Translations under genes and position numbers: made by a program
Assembly (NCBI GenBank): GCA_035527755.1
Contig: DATKZX010000006.1
Coordinates: 26,057 to 90,056 of the forward strand
Reading direction: 5' to 3'
Length of the DNA: 64,000 bases
Source of the DNA: Methanomassiliicoccales archaeon
GTDB lineage: Archaea > Thermoplasmatota > Thermoplasmata > Methanomassiliicoccales > UBA472
Shown here: in pieces, positions 37,323 through 46,182 of the stretch
Position numbering within the stretch: position 1 is the first letter of the stretch
Layout of the letters: each line of letters starts with the position of its first letter
Notes under the pieces: generated by a model
Databases searched by the model: none
What the model was told of the DNA's origin: nothing
What the model saw: the letters and a program-made list of their open reading frames with translations, nothing else

Positions 37323-37478
37323 TCACCTGTTCTTGATGAACGTCCCCTCCCTCAATTCGGAGAACGCTCGTTCGATCTCCTCATTGGTGTTCATTACGAT
37401 GGGTCCGCCCCATGCTATTGGTTCGCGCAACGGTTCGCCTGATACCAGGATGGACCTTGGCCACCTTCCGGTGAACGG
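37323..37478 (-). pseudogene. C-terminal remnant of a pirin-family gene
   Basis: The minus-strand frame gives ...RSILVSGEPLREPIAWGGPIVMNTNEEIERAFSELREGTFIKNR*, the conserved pirin C-terminus (GEP..EPI...GP.VMNT.EEI..A). An in-frame TGA at 37479-37481 and the next gene's region leave no room for the remaining ~230 codons. Confidence 0.5.
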
Positions 37479-37580
37479 TCATGATATTGACTATGCCGTG
37501 AACAAGGATTAATGTGTTTTGAGACGGGCAGATACCGATTTATCAACGGCAGTCCATATCATCCCCATCGGGGAAACGAG

Positions 37581-37763
37581 ATGGCTAGGAAGATTATCTG
37601 GCATTGCGCTTGCGGGCGGGACTTCGAGATGGAGACCGAGCTACGACCGGACCGCTGCCCGATCTGCGGGGGCGAAGATATAGAAAGGATCGAGCTGCCC
37701 AGCAGATGGTCCAAATTGATCGGGGACCCAAAAAAGAAGGATAAGGTCTGGTGGTGGAGGTAG
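37581..37763 (+). CDS. small zinc-ribbon protein (60 aa), hypothetical
   Basis: MARKIIWHCACGRDFEMETELRPDRCPICGGEDIERIELPSRWSKLIGDPKKKDKVWWWR, with C-x-C ... CPIC ligands. ATG 37581 follows GGGGAAACGAG. Confidence 0.5.
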   Translation: MARKIIWHCACGRDFEMETELRPDRCPICGGEDIERIELPSRWSKLIGDPKKKDKVWWWR

Positions 37764-37831
37764 ATGGACTGGCCCCTGAACAATTGGATCCTCTCTTTCA
37801 GGAGGATCGGTTGAGGGACCGAAAGTAATGC

Positions 37832-39190
37832 TTACTTGACCTTGCATGAATCACCGTCGCAGACCTTGAGTATCGGACCTAGTTCCTGATCGATGATATC
37901 CACCAGGTCCGGTTTTCCTATCTCGACCAGTTCGTAGCGAACGCGTACGATAGGTTTGTTGACGTTCATTATCCGGCGCAGGTCGACCGGCGTTCCGGCG
38001 ACGACGACATCGCAATCGGCCCGGTTGATGGTCTCCTCCATGTCCTCGATCTGCTCGTCGGTGTAGCCCATGGCCGGCAGTATCGGACCCAGGTGCCTGT
38101 ATTTCTCATACATTTCCTTGACAGACCTGACCGCGTAAGGCCTGGGATCGATTATGTCCAAAGCTCCGTTGTCCTCGGCGGCGATGGTCCCGGCGCCAAA
38201 GGCCATTCCCCCATGCGTGAGCGTAGGTCCGTCCTCCACCACCAGTGCCCTCTTCCCCTTGACCATCGAGGGGTCGTCCACCTTAATGGGCGAGGCGGCC
38301 TCGATGACGATGGCCGTGGGATTGTACTTGGCGATGTTCTCCTTTACCCGCAGAATGTTGCGCCGGTCGGCGGTCTGCACCTTGTTGATGATGACCACGT
38401 CCGCCAGACGCAGGTTAACTTCCCCGGGGTGATACGATATCTCGTGACCGGGACGATGCGGGTCGGTCAGAACGATATGCAGGTTGCTCTCGTAGAACGG
38501 CAGGTCGTTGTTCCCCCCGTCCCAGACGATGACGTCCGCCTCCTTCTCCGCTTCTCTCAGAATACGCTCATAATCAACACCGGCGTACACCACGATGCCG
38601 TTGTCTATCAGCGGCTCGTACTCCTCCCTTTCCTCGATGGTGCAGTCCTGCGTTTCCAGATCGGCGTATTCGCCGAACCTCTGAACCGCCTGTTTCGTCA
38701 GGTCGCCATAGGGCATGGGGTGCCTGACCACTACCACCTTCAATCCCTTTTCACGCAGGATGGAGCATATGCGGCGAGTGGTCTGTGATTTCCCGGCCCC
38801 GGTCCTAACGGCGCAGACCGATATCACCGGTTTGTTGGAGCGCAACGTTATACGGCTATTGCCCATCAAACGGAAGTCTGCACCCAAAGAGAGCACCCAG
38901 GAGGCCTTGTGCATCAGATCGGAATGGGAGATGTCGCTGTAGGCGAAGATCACCTGGTCGACCTTCTCGTTCTTGATGATCGAAGGCATGTCCTCCTCGG
39001 CGGTGATAGGTATGCCATCGGGATACAATGAGCCGGCCAAGGATGCGGGGTAGCAACGTCCATCGATATTCGGGATCTGGGCGGCGGTGAACGCCACCAC
39101 GTGGTATTTCTCGTTGTCCCGGAAATATGTATTGAAGTTGTGGAAATCGCGTCCAGCAGCTCCCATGATGACGACCCTGCTCTTCTTCAT
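37832..39190 (-). CDS. COG2403-type P-loop protein, commonly annotated cyclic 2,3-diphosphoglycerate synthetase-like
   Basis: N-terminus MKKSRVVIMGAAGRDFHNFNTYFRDNEKYHVVAFTAAQIP and Walker A RTGAGKSQT. 452 aa. The family assignment is from memory of similar archaeal proteins, and the function is uncertain. Confidence 0.5.
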   Translation of the reverse strand: MKKSRVVIMGAAGRDFHNFNTYFRDNEKYHVVAFTAAQIPNIDGRCYPASLAGSLYPDGIPITAEEDMPSIIKNEKVDQVIFAYSDISHSDLMHKASWVLSLGADFRLMGNSRITLRSNKPVISVCAVRTGAGKSQTTRRICSILREKGLKVVVVRHPMPYGDLTKQAVQRFGEYADLETQDCTIEEREEYEPLIDNGIVVYAGVDYERILREAEKEADVIVWDGGNNDLPFYESNLHIVLTDPHRPGHEISYHPGEVNLRLADVVIINKVQTADRRNILRVKENIAKYNPTAIVIEAASPIKVDDPSMVKGKRALVVEDGPTLTHGGMAFGAGTIAAEDNGALDIIDPRPYAVRSVKEMYEKYRHLGPILPAMGYTDEQIEDMEETINRADCDVVVAGTPVDLRRIMNVNKPIVRVRYELVEIGKPDLVDIIDQELGPILKVCDGDSCKVK

Positions 39191-39303
39191 GTTCGACCCT
39201 ATACTATTATCGAGACCGTTGATGATACACTTTTCTCTACGGTTAAGAGAATAATATCAATAGCCCGAGATAGCAAACATTTGAGTATTCACTTATCGAT
39301 TCA

Positions 39304-39756
39304 TTGCGGATGGTCTACCGCATTCCCTCCGCCAAGGTCCTAGAGGACTCCATACGGAAGATCATTCGAGAGCAGCAGAGCATCCCCTCCCAACGTCGCT
39401 TCGCCGAGCTGGTGCTGGAAGACCTCAAGAAAAAGAACCTTGACTTCAAGGTCGGGGAGGAGCGCATCAGAAGGATGGCCGTCCTTAAAGACCTGGCCAG
39501 GATCACCATCCAATATCGTGAGACCAAGGACGCCAGCCGGAGAGGACGGTGTCCAGTATGCTCCTCGTCAACTGAGGAGCTGCATAACCTGACGTTGGAT
39601 GACAGGAAGGTGGAACTGGGCTACAAGTGCACCAAGTGCCCCTTCTGGACCGGCCCTCGGAAACGGGTGCCAGTGCGTTACATATTCTCCATTCAGGGCA
39701 TGATCGTCCCTCCGACCAAAAAGAAAGGCAAGTACGCTCAGTGGAAGTTCGCCTGA
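39304..39756 (+). CDS. hypothetical protein with a CPVC...CTKC zinc ribbon
   Basis: 150 aa with a basic, helical N-terminal half, then RCPVCSSS...YKCTKCPFW. No family recognised. Confidence 0.45.
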   Translation: MRMVYRIPSAKVLEDSIRKIIREQQSIPSQRRFAELVLEDLKKKNLDFKVGEERIRRMAVLKDLARITIQYRETKDASRRGRCPVCSSSTEELHNLTLDDRKVELGYKCTKCPFWTGPRKRVPVRYIFSIQGMIVPPTKKKGKYAQWKFA

Positions 39757-39814
39757 TCTTTTCAACGATATCCACCCGGAATCGTTTTTAAACGCCAATG
39801 CGCATTCCTTGAAC

Positions 39815-40006
39815 ATGTGCCGAAGCACTGTTTACATGTCCACCGCCGATGGGGTACTGGAGCTCATGCAGGGCGTGGTCAGGATCGTCAAGGAGGAGGA
39901 CCGCTTGGTGATCCTGGACGATCTGGGCGAGCGTTTGGAACTAAGGGATGTCCGGGTCAGGGAGATCAACCTGATGAGCAATAATATCGTGCTGGAAAAA
40001 GAATGA
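39815..40006 (+). CDS. cooT: CooT-family nickel-binding protein
   Basis: MCRSTVYMSTADGVLELMQGVVRIVKEEDRLVILDDLGERLELRDVRVREINLMSNNIVLEKE. It has the N-terminal Met-Cys, a 63-aa length and beta-strand periodicity that parallel Rhodospirillum rubrum CooT (MCMAKVVLTKADGGRVEIGDVLEVR...) as I recall it. Confidence 0.65.
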   Translation: MCRSTVYMSTADGVLELMQGVVRIVKEEDRLVILDDLGERLELRDVRVREINLMSNNIVLEKE

Positions 40007-40035
40007 TATCTCTTTGGAATGCGGGACGCCCATCA

Positions 40036-40980
40036 TCATTCTCCAATGAGCCGGCGGACCTGCCGCTGGTCCAATTTTAACAGCTCGGAGGGAACGAGCC
40101 TTGGCACGATTATCTTCCAGTTACCGTTCCTGGCGAAGACCTTTTTGAACAGCGGGACCGATTCCTCGAAGCGGCCGTTATTTGCCAACGCCACCGCGTG
40201 CCAGAAGACCATCTCCTCATTTTCCGGAAAGAGCGATTCCGCCTTCGAATAGCATTCGAGCGAATCCGCCATGTTCTCCTTCTCCATGGCCGCGTCCCCG
40301 GCGTCCATGCTCTCGTAGGCTTGATGCACGCGCAATAAACGCCTCATCTCCTTCAGCGGTTCGGCGTGATCGTCCACCCTGAGGTCGACAAGACGGTCCT
40401 TCCAGACAGACCCAGTGCTTTTCTCCCGGACCACTACGATAGCGGCGCTCTGCCTTCCCCGAATGTCGCCGCCGGCAGCCTCCGCCGCTTCCAGGACTAG
40501 CATGATCCTCTCACCCAACGGCCCTTCGGAGGAGACGAACGCATCGGCCATGTCCCCCCACACGCTATCGTTCAGCATCATGTTGGCCTGGACGGAGTAG
40601 TTCTTTCCGAAGATATGCCCGGCCTCGGCCACGCATTTCTTTCCCGTGTGGGCGTGGGTGCGTCCCTGGGAATCGATCATCGCCAGCTGCCGGAAGTCTC
40701 TTCCATTGTCCGCTTGGATCATCGGTCCCACGGCCTCCTTCGGCGTCTTTCCTTCGCTGATAAGTGCCAACCCCTGAGGACCGAAGGCCGGATTGGTGAA
40801 GGACTGCGTGACCACCACGCCGATGCCGGCCAGGGCCCAAGGGACCGCGGTACCGACGGAGAACCAATGAGACTGCACCCCAGCGCCCATCTCACCGGTG
40901 CCTTCGTCCCGGGCGACTATGGAATAGGTGTGGGCGAACGGCCCTTTCATTAAATGATCTGGAACCAGCATGATGACCAC
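40036..40980 (-). CDS. DUF1028 (Ntn-hydrolase-fold) protein with a C-terminal helical-repeat extension
   Basis: HTYSIVARDEGTGEMGAGVQSHWFSVG matches the DUF1028 N-terminal TFSIVARD..TGE.GVAV.S pattern. The C-terminal ~90 aa are TPR-like. Confidence 0.6.
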   Translation of the reverse strand: MVIMLVPDHLMKGPFAHTYSIVARDEGTGEMGAGVQSHWFSVGTAVPWALAGIGVVVTQSFTNPAFGPQGLALISEGKTPKEAVGPMIQADNGRDFRQLAMIDSQGRTHAHTGKKCVAEAGHIFGKNYSVQANMMLNDSVWGDMADAFVSSEGPLGERIMLVLEAAEAAGGDIRGRQSAAIVVVREKSTGSVWKDRLVDLRVDDHAEPLKEMRRLLRVHQAYESMDAGDAAMEKENMADSLECYSKAESLFPENEEMVFWHAVALANNGRFEESVPLFKKVFARNGNWKIIVPRLVPSELLKLDQRQVRRLIGE

Positions 40981-41049
40981 TGCCCCGATGATAGAGATGA
41001 AGAAAAATAAAGGTTGGTAAGATGTTTTGCTCGAGCCTCCGGATAAGGC

Positions 41050-42885
41050 TCATTCGCAGTTCTCGAACTGGCTGTTGTACAGGTCGCTGTAGAACCCGCC
41101 CTGGCCCAGAAGCTCCTCGTGCGTCCCCATCTCCACGATGCTCCCTTCCCTCATCACCAGGATGGTGTCGGCATCCTTGATGGTGGAGAGACGGTGGGCG
41201 ATGATGAAGGAGGTCCTTCCCACGGTGAGGTCATCCATCGCCTTCTGGATGATCTTCTCGGTCCTGGTGTCCACGGAGCTGGTCGCCTCGTCCAGTATCA
41301 ACAGTGGAGCGTTCTGCACCACCGCCCGGGCGATGGTCACCTGCTGCTTCTGCCCCATGGATATCTTCGACTCATCGTCCAGCTTGGTGTTGTAGCCGTC
41401 CGGGAGCGTGGCGACGAAGTGGTGTATGCCCGCGGCCTTGCACGCTTCCTCGATCATCTCGTCCGTGACTCCCTCTTTCCGATAGGCGATGTTCTCCCGT
41501 ATCGTACCTTCGAACAGCCAGGTGTCCTGCAGCACCATGCAGAACATGCCGTGCACGTTGTTCCTGGTGAGCTCCTTGGTAGAGATCCCGTCGATCAGAA
41601 TGTCCCCGGAGTTCACCTCATAGAAGCGCATCAGCAAGTTCACGATGGTAGTCTTTCCGGCGCCGGTAGGACCGACGATGGCCACCTTCTGCCCGGGCCG
41701 GACGTGGAAGGAGAAGTTGTGGATGACCTCGCGTTCCGGCGTATAGCCGAACGATACGTTGCGGAACTCCACGTCCCCCTTTACGTCCGTATGGACCAGC
41801 TTCTTGCCGTCCTCGTTCTCCATCTCCGGCTCCTCCAGGAACTCGAAGACCCTTTCGGAAGCGGCTGCCACCGACTGCAGGCTGGTCATTGCCTGTCCCA
41901 ACTGCGTCAGCGGCTGGGTGAATAACCGAACGTAGACCATGAAGGCCACGATGACCCCGATGGATATGGCGCCATTGAGCACTTGCACCGCGCCTACGAT
42001 GCATACGGCGACATACCCGAAGTTACCGATGAAGCCCATCAGCGGCATCATCATTCCCGACAGGAACAACGATTTGAACGCGCTGTCGAACAGCTCGTCG
42101 TTGATCGAGTCGAACTCGTTCTGGGCGGCCTTCTCGCCGTTATACGCTTTAACGATCACGTGTCCGGTGTACATTTCCTCCACGTGGCCGTTCAATCGCC
42201 CGAGATGCTTCTGCTGGCGCTGGAAGTGCTTCTGCGACTTGATCATGATGAAGGCCATGAGCATGAAGCCGGCGAGGGCCGAAAGCACGGCCGCTGCCGT
42301 CATGATCACGTCGTTCATGAGCATCATGACCAGCGATCCGATGAGAAGCGCGGCGGCGCTCATCAACATGCCCACGCTCTGGTTCATGGACATGCTGATG
42401 GTGTCCACATCGTTCGTCACCCGGCTCAGCACGTCCCCGTAGCTCGTTTTATCGAAATACCTCAGAGGCATGCGGTTTATCTTCTCCGAGATGTCCGTGC
42501 GCAGACGCTTGGAAAGCTTCTGCACGATGGTGGCGACTATGAAACCCTGGCCGTACGTAAGGACGGTCGAAAGCAGGTAGATGATCACCAAGAAGGTACC
42601 TATCTCCGCTACGCCGCCCAGATCTATCGTTCCGGACATCATCCCGCCGGCGATGAGGTCCGTCAGCTCGCTCAGCTTGTCGGGACCTATGACCGTGAAT
42701 ATGGTTCCTATGATCACCAGTATGGACGCTACGATCAGCGCCGGGATGTATGGGCGCATATAGCCCAGCATCTTCTTCCAGGCCGTCCTGAAGCTTTTCG
42801 GCTTGCCGGCCATCATCGGGCCGTGCCCGGGACCGAATCCGGCGGGACCCCTAGGCCCTCTAGGCTTGCTATCGTCGGCGCTCAT
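41050..42885 (-). CDS. ABC exporter, fused permease/ATPase (heterodimer partner B)
   Basis: Six TM helices plus an NBD with Walker A GPTGAGKTT, signature ISMGQKQQ and Walker B LLILDEATSSVD. ATGA overlap with the upstream partner gene. Confidence 0.9.
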   Translation of the reverse strand: MSADDSKPRGPRGPAGFGPGHGPMMAGKPKSFRTAWKKMLGYMRPYIPALIVASILVIIGTIFTVIGPDKLSELTDLIAGGMMSGTIDLGGVAEIGTFLVIIYLLSTVLTYGQGFIVATIVQKLSKRLRTDISEKINRMPLRYFDKTSYGDVLSRVTNDVDTISMSMNQSVGMLMSAAALLIGSLVMMLMNDVIMTAAAVLSALAGFMLMAFIMIKSQKHFQRQQKHLGRLNGHVEEMYTGHVIVKAYNGEKAAQNEFDSINDELFDSAFKSLFLSGMMMPLMGFIGNFGYVAVCIVGAVQVLNGAISIGVIVAFMVYVRLFTQPLTQLGQAMTSLQSVAAASERVFEFLEEPEMENEDGKKLVHTDVKGDVEFRNVSFGYTPEREVIHNFSFHVRPGQKVAIVGPTGAGKTTIVNLLMRFYEVNSGDILIDGISTKELTRNNVHGMFCMVLQDTWLFEGTIRENIAYRKEGVTDEMIEEACKAAGIHHFVATLPDGYNTKLDDESKISMGQKQQVTIARAVVQNAPLLILDEATSSVDTRTEKIIQKAMDDLTVGRTSFIIAHRLSTIKDADTILVMREGSIVEMGTHEELLGQGGFYSDLYNSQFENCE

Positions 42886-44627
42886 CGTCTCATGTCCTCC
42901 TCGGTGAGCTGAGACTCCACGATCTCCCTGTACACCGGGCAGGTGTCCAGGAGCTCGCGGTGCTTTCCTATTCCGGCCACGGAACCGTTGTCCAGTACCA
43001 CTATCTTGTCGGCGTCCATTATCGTCCCGACCCTCTGCGCCACGATGATGCTGGTGACGTCGGCCGTCTCCCGCTTCAGGGCGCTCCTGAGACTACGGTC
43101 CGTACGGTAATCCAGGGCGGAGAAAGAGTCGTCGAATATGTAGATCTCCGGGCGGCGGCAAACAGCCCTAGCGATGGACAAACGCTGTTTCTGCCCTCCG
43201 GAAACGTTCGTTCCGCCCTGTGCGATGGAGGCGTTGTATCTTCCGTCCATGGCCTCCACGAACTCCTCACCTTGGGCGATGGCGACGGCGGTACGGACGT
43301 CTGCCTCCGTGCGCTCCACGGACATGTCGCCGTAAGCGACGTTGGAGAACACCGTCCCCGAGAACAGCGTGGCCTTCTGCGGCACGTATCCCATCTTCTT
43401 ATGCAGCGCATCCTGGGTGTAATCGCGGACGTCCACGCCGTCCACCAGGACCTTCCCGTCCGTGACGTCGTAGGAACGCAGCAGCAAGTTCACGATGGTG
43501 CTCTTCCCGCTGCCGGTCGAACCGACGAAGGCGACTATCTCACCTTGGTCAGCCTTGAAGCTGATGTCCTTGAGCACGTAGTCCGCGGCGCCAGGGTACT
43601 TGAAGCTGACCTTGTCGAACACAATCTCCCCGTTGCCCGGTTGGTCGGCAACGGTCCCGTCTTTTATCGACGGCTCGGTCTCTATGATCTCCTCTATCCT
43701 CTTGGCGGATACCATGGCCCTGGGGAGGATGAAGAACACGATGACCAGCATCATGAATCCCATCACGACCTGCATGGCGTACGCCAGGTACACGATCATG
43801 TCCGAGAACAGGGCTATCTGCGCCGGAAGCCCGGAGGCGGCGTCGATGAGGAAAGCCCCTATCCAGTAGATGGATAGCGCCAGAATACCGATCACCGAAG
43901 ACATGACTGGCATCAATAGCGCCATCGCGCGGCTGGTGAACAGGTTGTTCGCCGTCAGTTCTTCGTTAGCCTTCTCGAACTTATTCTCCTGAAATTTCTC
44001 AGCGTTATATGCCCTGATGACGCGAATCCCCTTCAGGTTCTCCCGCATGTGCCTGTTGACGTCGTCCGTCAGCCATTGGATCTTCTTGAAGCGGGGGATG
44101 ACGAAGTACATCAGGATCCCGATGAGAGTGAGCATAACGATGATGGCCACGGCGGTGGCGGTGGTCCACTGCCAGCTCTTGCCAGATATCTTAATTATCG
44201 CCCAGCCAGCCATTATCGGCGCTTTGACGATGACCTGCATCCCGATGGCCACGGCCATCTGCACCTGGGTGACATCGTTCGTCGCCCTGGTGATCAAGCT
44301 GGCCGTGGAGAACTTGTTGATCTCGTTCGCAGAGAACGACTGCACCTTATGGAACTGCATGGAACGGATGCGCTTGGCCAGCGACGTCGCCACGTACGCG
44401 GCGATGTAGCCGATAATAAGCGCCGTCCCCAGGCTGCTCAGCGCCAGGCCGAGCATCGGCCAGCCCTCGTCCATCACCTGCCCCACCGTCCCGCCGGTCT
44501 GCAGCAGGGTGGTGATATGGTACATGTAATCAGGGATCTCCAGGTCCAGCCAAACCTGCAGGACGATGAAGCCCGTGCATGCGACGATGAGAGCCCATTC
44601 CTTCGCTTTGAGATGCTTCAATATCAT
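42882..44627 (-). CDS. ABC exporter, fused permease/ATPase (heterodimer partner A)
   Basis: Six TM helices plus an NBD with Walker A GSTGSGKST, signature VSGGQKQRL and Walker B IYIFDDSFSALD. ATGA overlap with padR. Confidence 0.9.
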   Translation of the reverse strand: MILKHLKAKEWALIVACTGFIVLQVWLDLEIPDYMYHITTLLQTGGTVGQVMDEGWPMLGLALSSLGTALIIGYIAAYVATSLAKRIRSMQFHKVQSFSANEINKFSTASLITRATNDVTQVQMAVAIGMQVIVKAPIMAGWAIIKISGKSWQWTTATAVAIIVMLTLIGILMYFVIPRFKKIQWLTDDVNRHMRENLKGIRVIRAYNAEKFQENKFEKANEELTANNLFTSRAMALLMPVMSSVIGILALSIYWIGAFLIDAASGLPAQIALFSDMIVYLAYAMQVVMGFMMLVIVFFILPRAMVSAKRIEEIIETEPSIKDGTVADQPGNGEIVFDKVSFKYPGAADYVLKDISFKADQGEIVAFVGSTGSGKSTIVNLLLRSYDVTDGKVLVDGVDVRDYTQDALHKKMGYVPQKATLFSGTVFSNVAYGDMSVERTEADVRTAVAIAQGEEFVEAMDGRYNASIAQGGTNVSGGQKQRLSIARAVCRRPEIYIFDDSFSALDYRTDRSLRSALKRETADVTSIIVAQRVGTIMDADKIVVLDNGSVAGIGKHRELLDTCPVYREIVESQLTEEDMRR

Positions 44628-45118
44628 TGCTTCAGCTCCTTCTCCAGCTCGGCTATGTACAAATCGAGCACCCGGAGGTTGTTCTGCACGGCGTCACGGA
44701 CCTCCTGGAGATGCTTGAGCCGTTCTTCAGGGGACCTCTCGTCCAGGGGGATGAAGTTCTCCACCGCCCCCTTCCGCTCCAAGTAAGCCCTTCCCATCAC
44801 TGTCATGGTGCGGGCCATGAACAGTATCCCGGAGGTCATGGTGGCCAGCGTCTCGTCCAGCCATCCCTCGCCTTCCGGGGTGAGGGAGTAATGGTCCTTG
44901 CCCTCCGCGTTCCTCACCGACAGCAGCCCGTGCTCCTGCAGGCGCCGCAGGGCTGGATACACCGCTCCGGTCTGGGGGTCCCATACTCCTTGATAATCCT
45001 CACGCAGCGCCTTGATCAACTCGTATCCGTACATGGGCCGGTCCGCCAGCTTGATCAGCATTATCAGCTGCGACGGGCTGATCCGGTTGCCCTTGTACAT
45101 GTGCGGTTTCCCCATCAT
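44624..45118 (-). CDS. PadR family transcriptional regulator
   Basis: PMYGYELIKALREDYQGVWDPQTGAVYPALRRLQEHGLL is the PadR wHTH. ATG 45118 has AGGAGG 9 nt upstream. The track start 45169 is less likely. Confidence 0.85.
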   Translation of the reverse strand: MMGKPHMYKGNRISPSQLIMLIKLADRPMYGYELIKALREDYQGVWDPQTGAVYPALRRLQEHGLLSVRNAEGKDHYSLTPEGEGWLDETLATMTSGILFMARTMTVMGRAYLERKGAVENFIPLDERSPEERLKHLQEVRDAVQNNLRVLDLYIAELEKELKQ

Positions 45119-45252
45119 GACCTTGGACCTCCTAGGTAGTGGTCTACTAGGTAGAGCGGTACTACACACCTCCTATTTTAAGATTGGTCCCTACATCCGA
45201 ATCGGTACCAGTCAGGGATTAGTATAAATTCGGGAAGTCTTTTCAAAGTGAT

Positions 45253-46023
45253 ATGGAACTGAGCTTTGACGAGATCCCAGAGGACCTTTGGGACGATTGG
45301 GTGTGGCTGGTGTCCCCCGCCGGACTGATGAGGGCGGTGGAGGAAGAGAGCCAGCCCATACTGAGCAGTTCCTATCAGGTGACCTCTACATACACCATCA
45401 ATCTGCCGAAGATGGTGCTTTTCGACCTCATGTGGAGCTCCCGCCTAGAGGTGGGGGAGAATGGAGTGGTGGACGCCATGGACCTCCATCGTACCGTGGA
45501 CCGGAACCCGAACCTCATATTGGATAGCCTCGACTTCCTGCTGAGGAACTACCCCCTGGTGCTCCGCTGGAAACTGAGCCCGGAGCAGATCACGGACCTG
45601 TCACCCAACATCTGGGACGACATCAGCGAACCGCCGGACCTGCTGTGGCACGTGCCCCAGGAACTGGAAGGGATGTCCTTGGACCTCGAGAGCCTGGCCA
45701 TAGATTACTTCAATCCTTTCATCCCCTCCCTGCGCCGCCTTATGGTGCACCGTTCGGTCATAGGGGTCATCTCACCCCTGAAGACCCTGGACCATGTGCG
45801 GATGGCCCGGGAAGATCCGGACCATGTCATGCGCGAAGGGCTCCTGACATCCATCGAAGAACTGAGGTCGAGAGGTCTGATCGAGGTGGGGGAAGGTAGG
45901 GTCAGACGCTTGACCGAAAAGGGGGCGAGAATGATAGGGACCGAGCCGCTCTCGGACTGTCTCGGTTGCCGTTGCCGTGTGGAAGAACTGCTGGAATATG
46001 AGCTGGGTGGCGAAGAGGACTGA
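45253..46023 (+). CDS. hypothetical acidic protein with a possible C-terminal winged-helix
   Basis: 256 aa and Asp/Glu/Trp-rich. The C-terminal SIEELRSRGLIEVGEGRVRRLTEKG looks wHTH-like. No family recognised. Confidence 0.45.
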   Translation: MELSFDEIPEDLWDDWVWLVSPAGLMRAVEEESQPILSSSYQVTSTYTINLPKMVLFDLMWSSRLEVGENGVVDAMDLHRTVDRNPNLILDSLDFLLRNYPLVLRWKLSPEQITDLSPNIWDDISEPPDLLWHVPQELEGMSLDLESLAIDYFNPFIPSLRRLMVHRSVIGVISPLKTLDHVRMAREDPDHVMREGLLTSIEELRSRGLIEVGEGRVRRLTEKGARMIGTEPLSDCLGCRCRVEELLEYELGGEED

Positions 46024-46182
46024 TCTTCCTACGATCTGATGCATATATCGTTGCAATTCCGCTCGATCATTGGACCGAATCGTAGATGAACTTGAACATT
46101 TCGTAGTAATATTCTGAATCCTTTTATGATTCGCATGATAATCTTTATCAGGGGGTACTATATTTGGCGCTTGGGTCCTTAG

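Noticed and set aside
27187-37500. I looked for integrase, transposase, toxin-antitoxin, restriction-modification or other recognisable defence genes in the AT-rich accessory stretch.
   Set aside because: No ORF on either strand showed the motifs I would expect: tyrosine recombinase R..H..R..Y, DDE, PIN/HEPN, methyltransferase or helicase. Island status therefore rests only on composition, the tRNA fragment and the pirin remnant.
41119-43877. Several + strand ORFs of 170-309 aa inside the two ABC exporter genes.
   Set aside because: These are shadow frames of clearly identified minus-strand ABC genes, which have Walker A/B and signature motifs.
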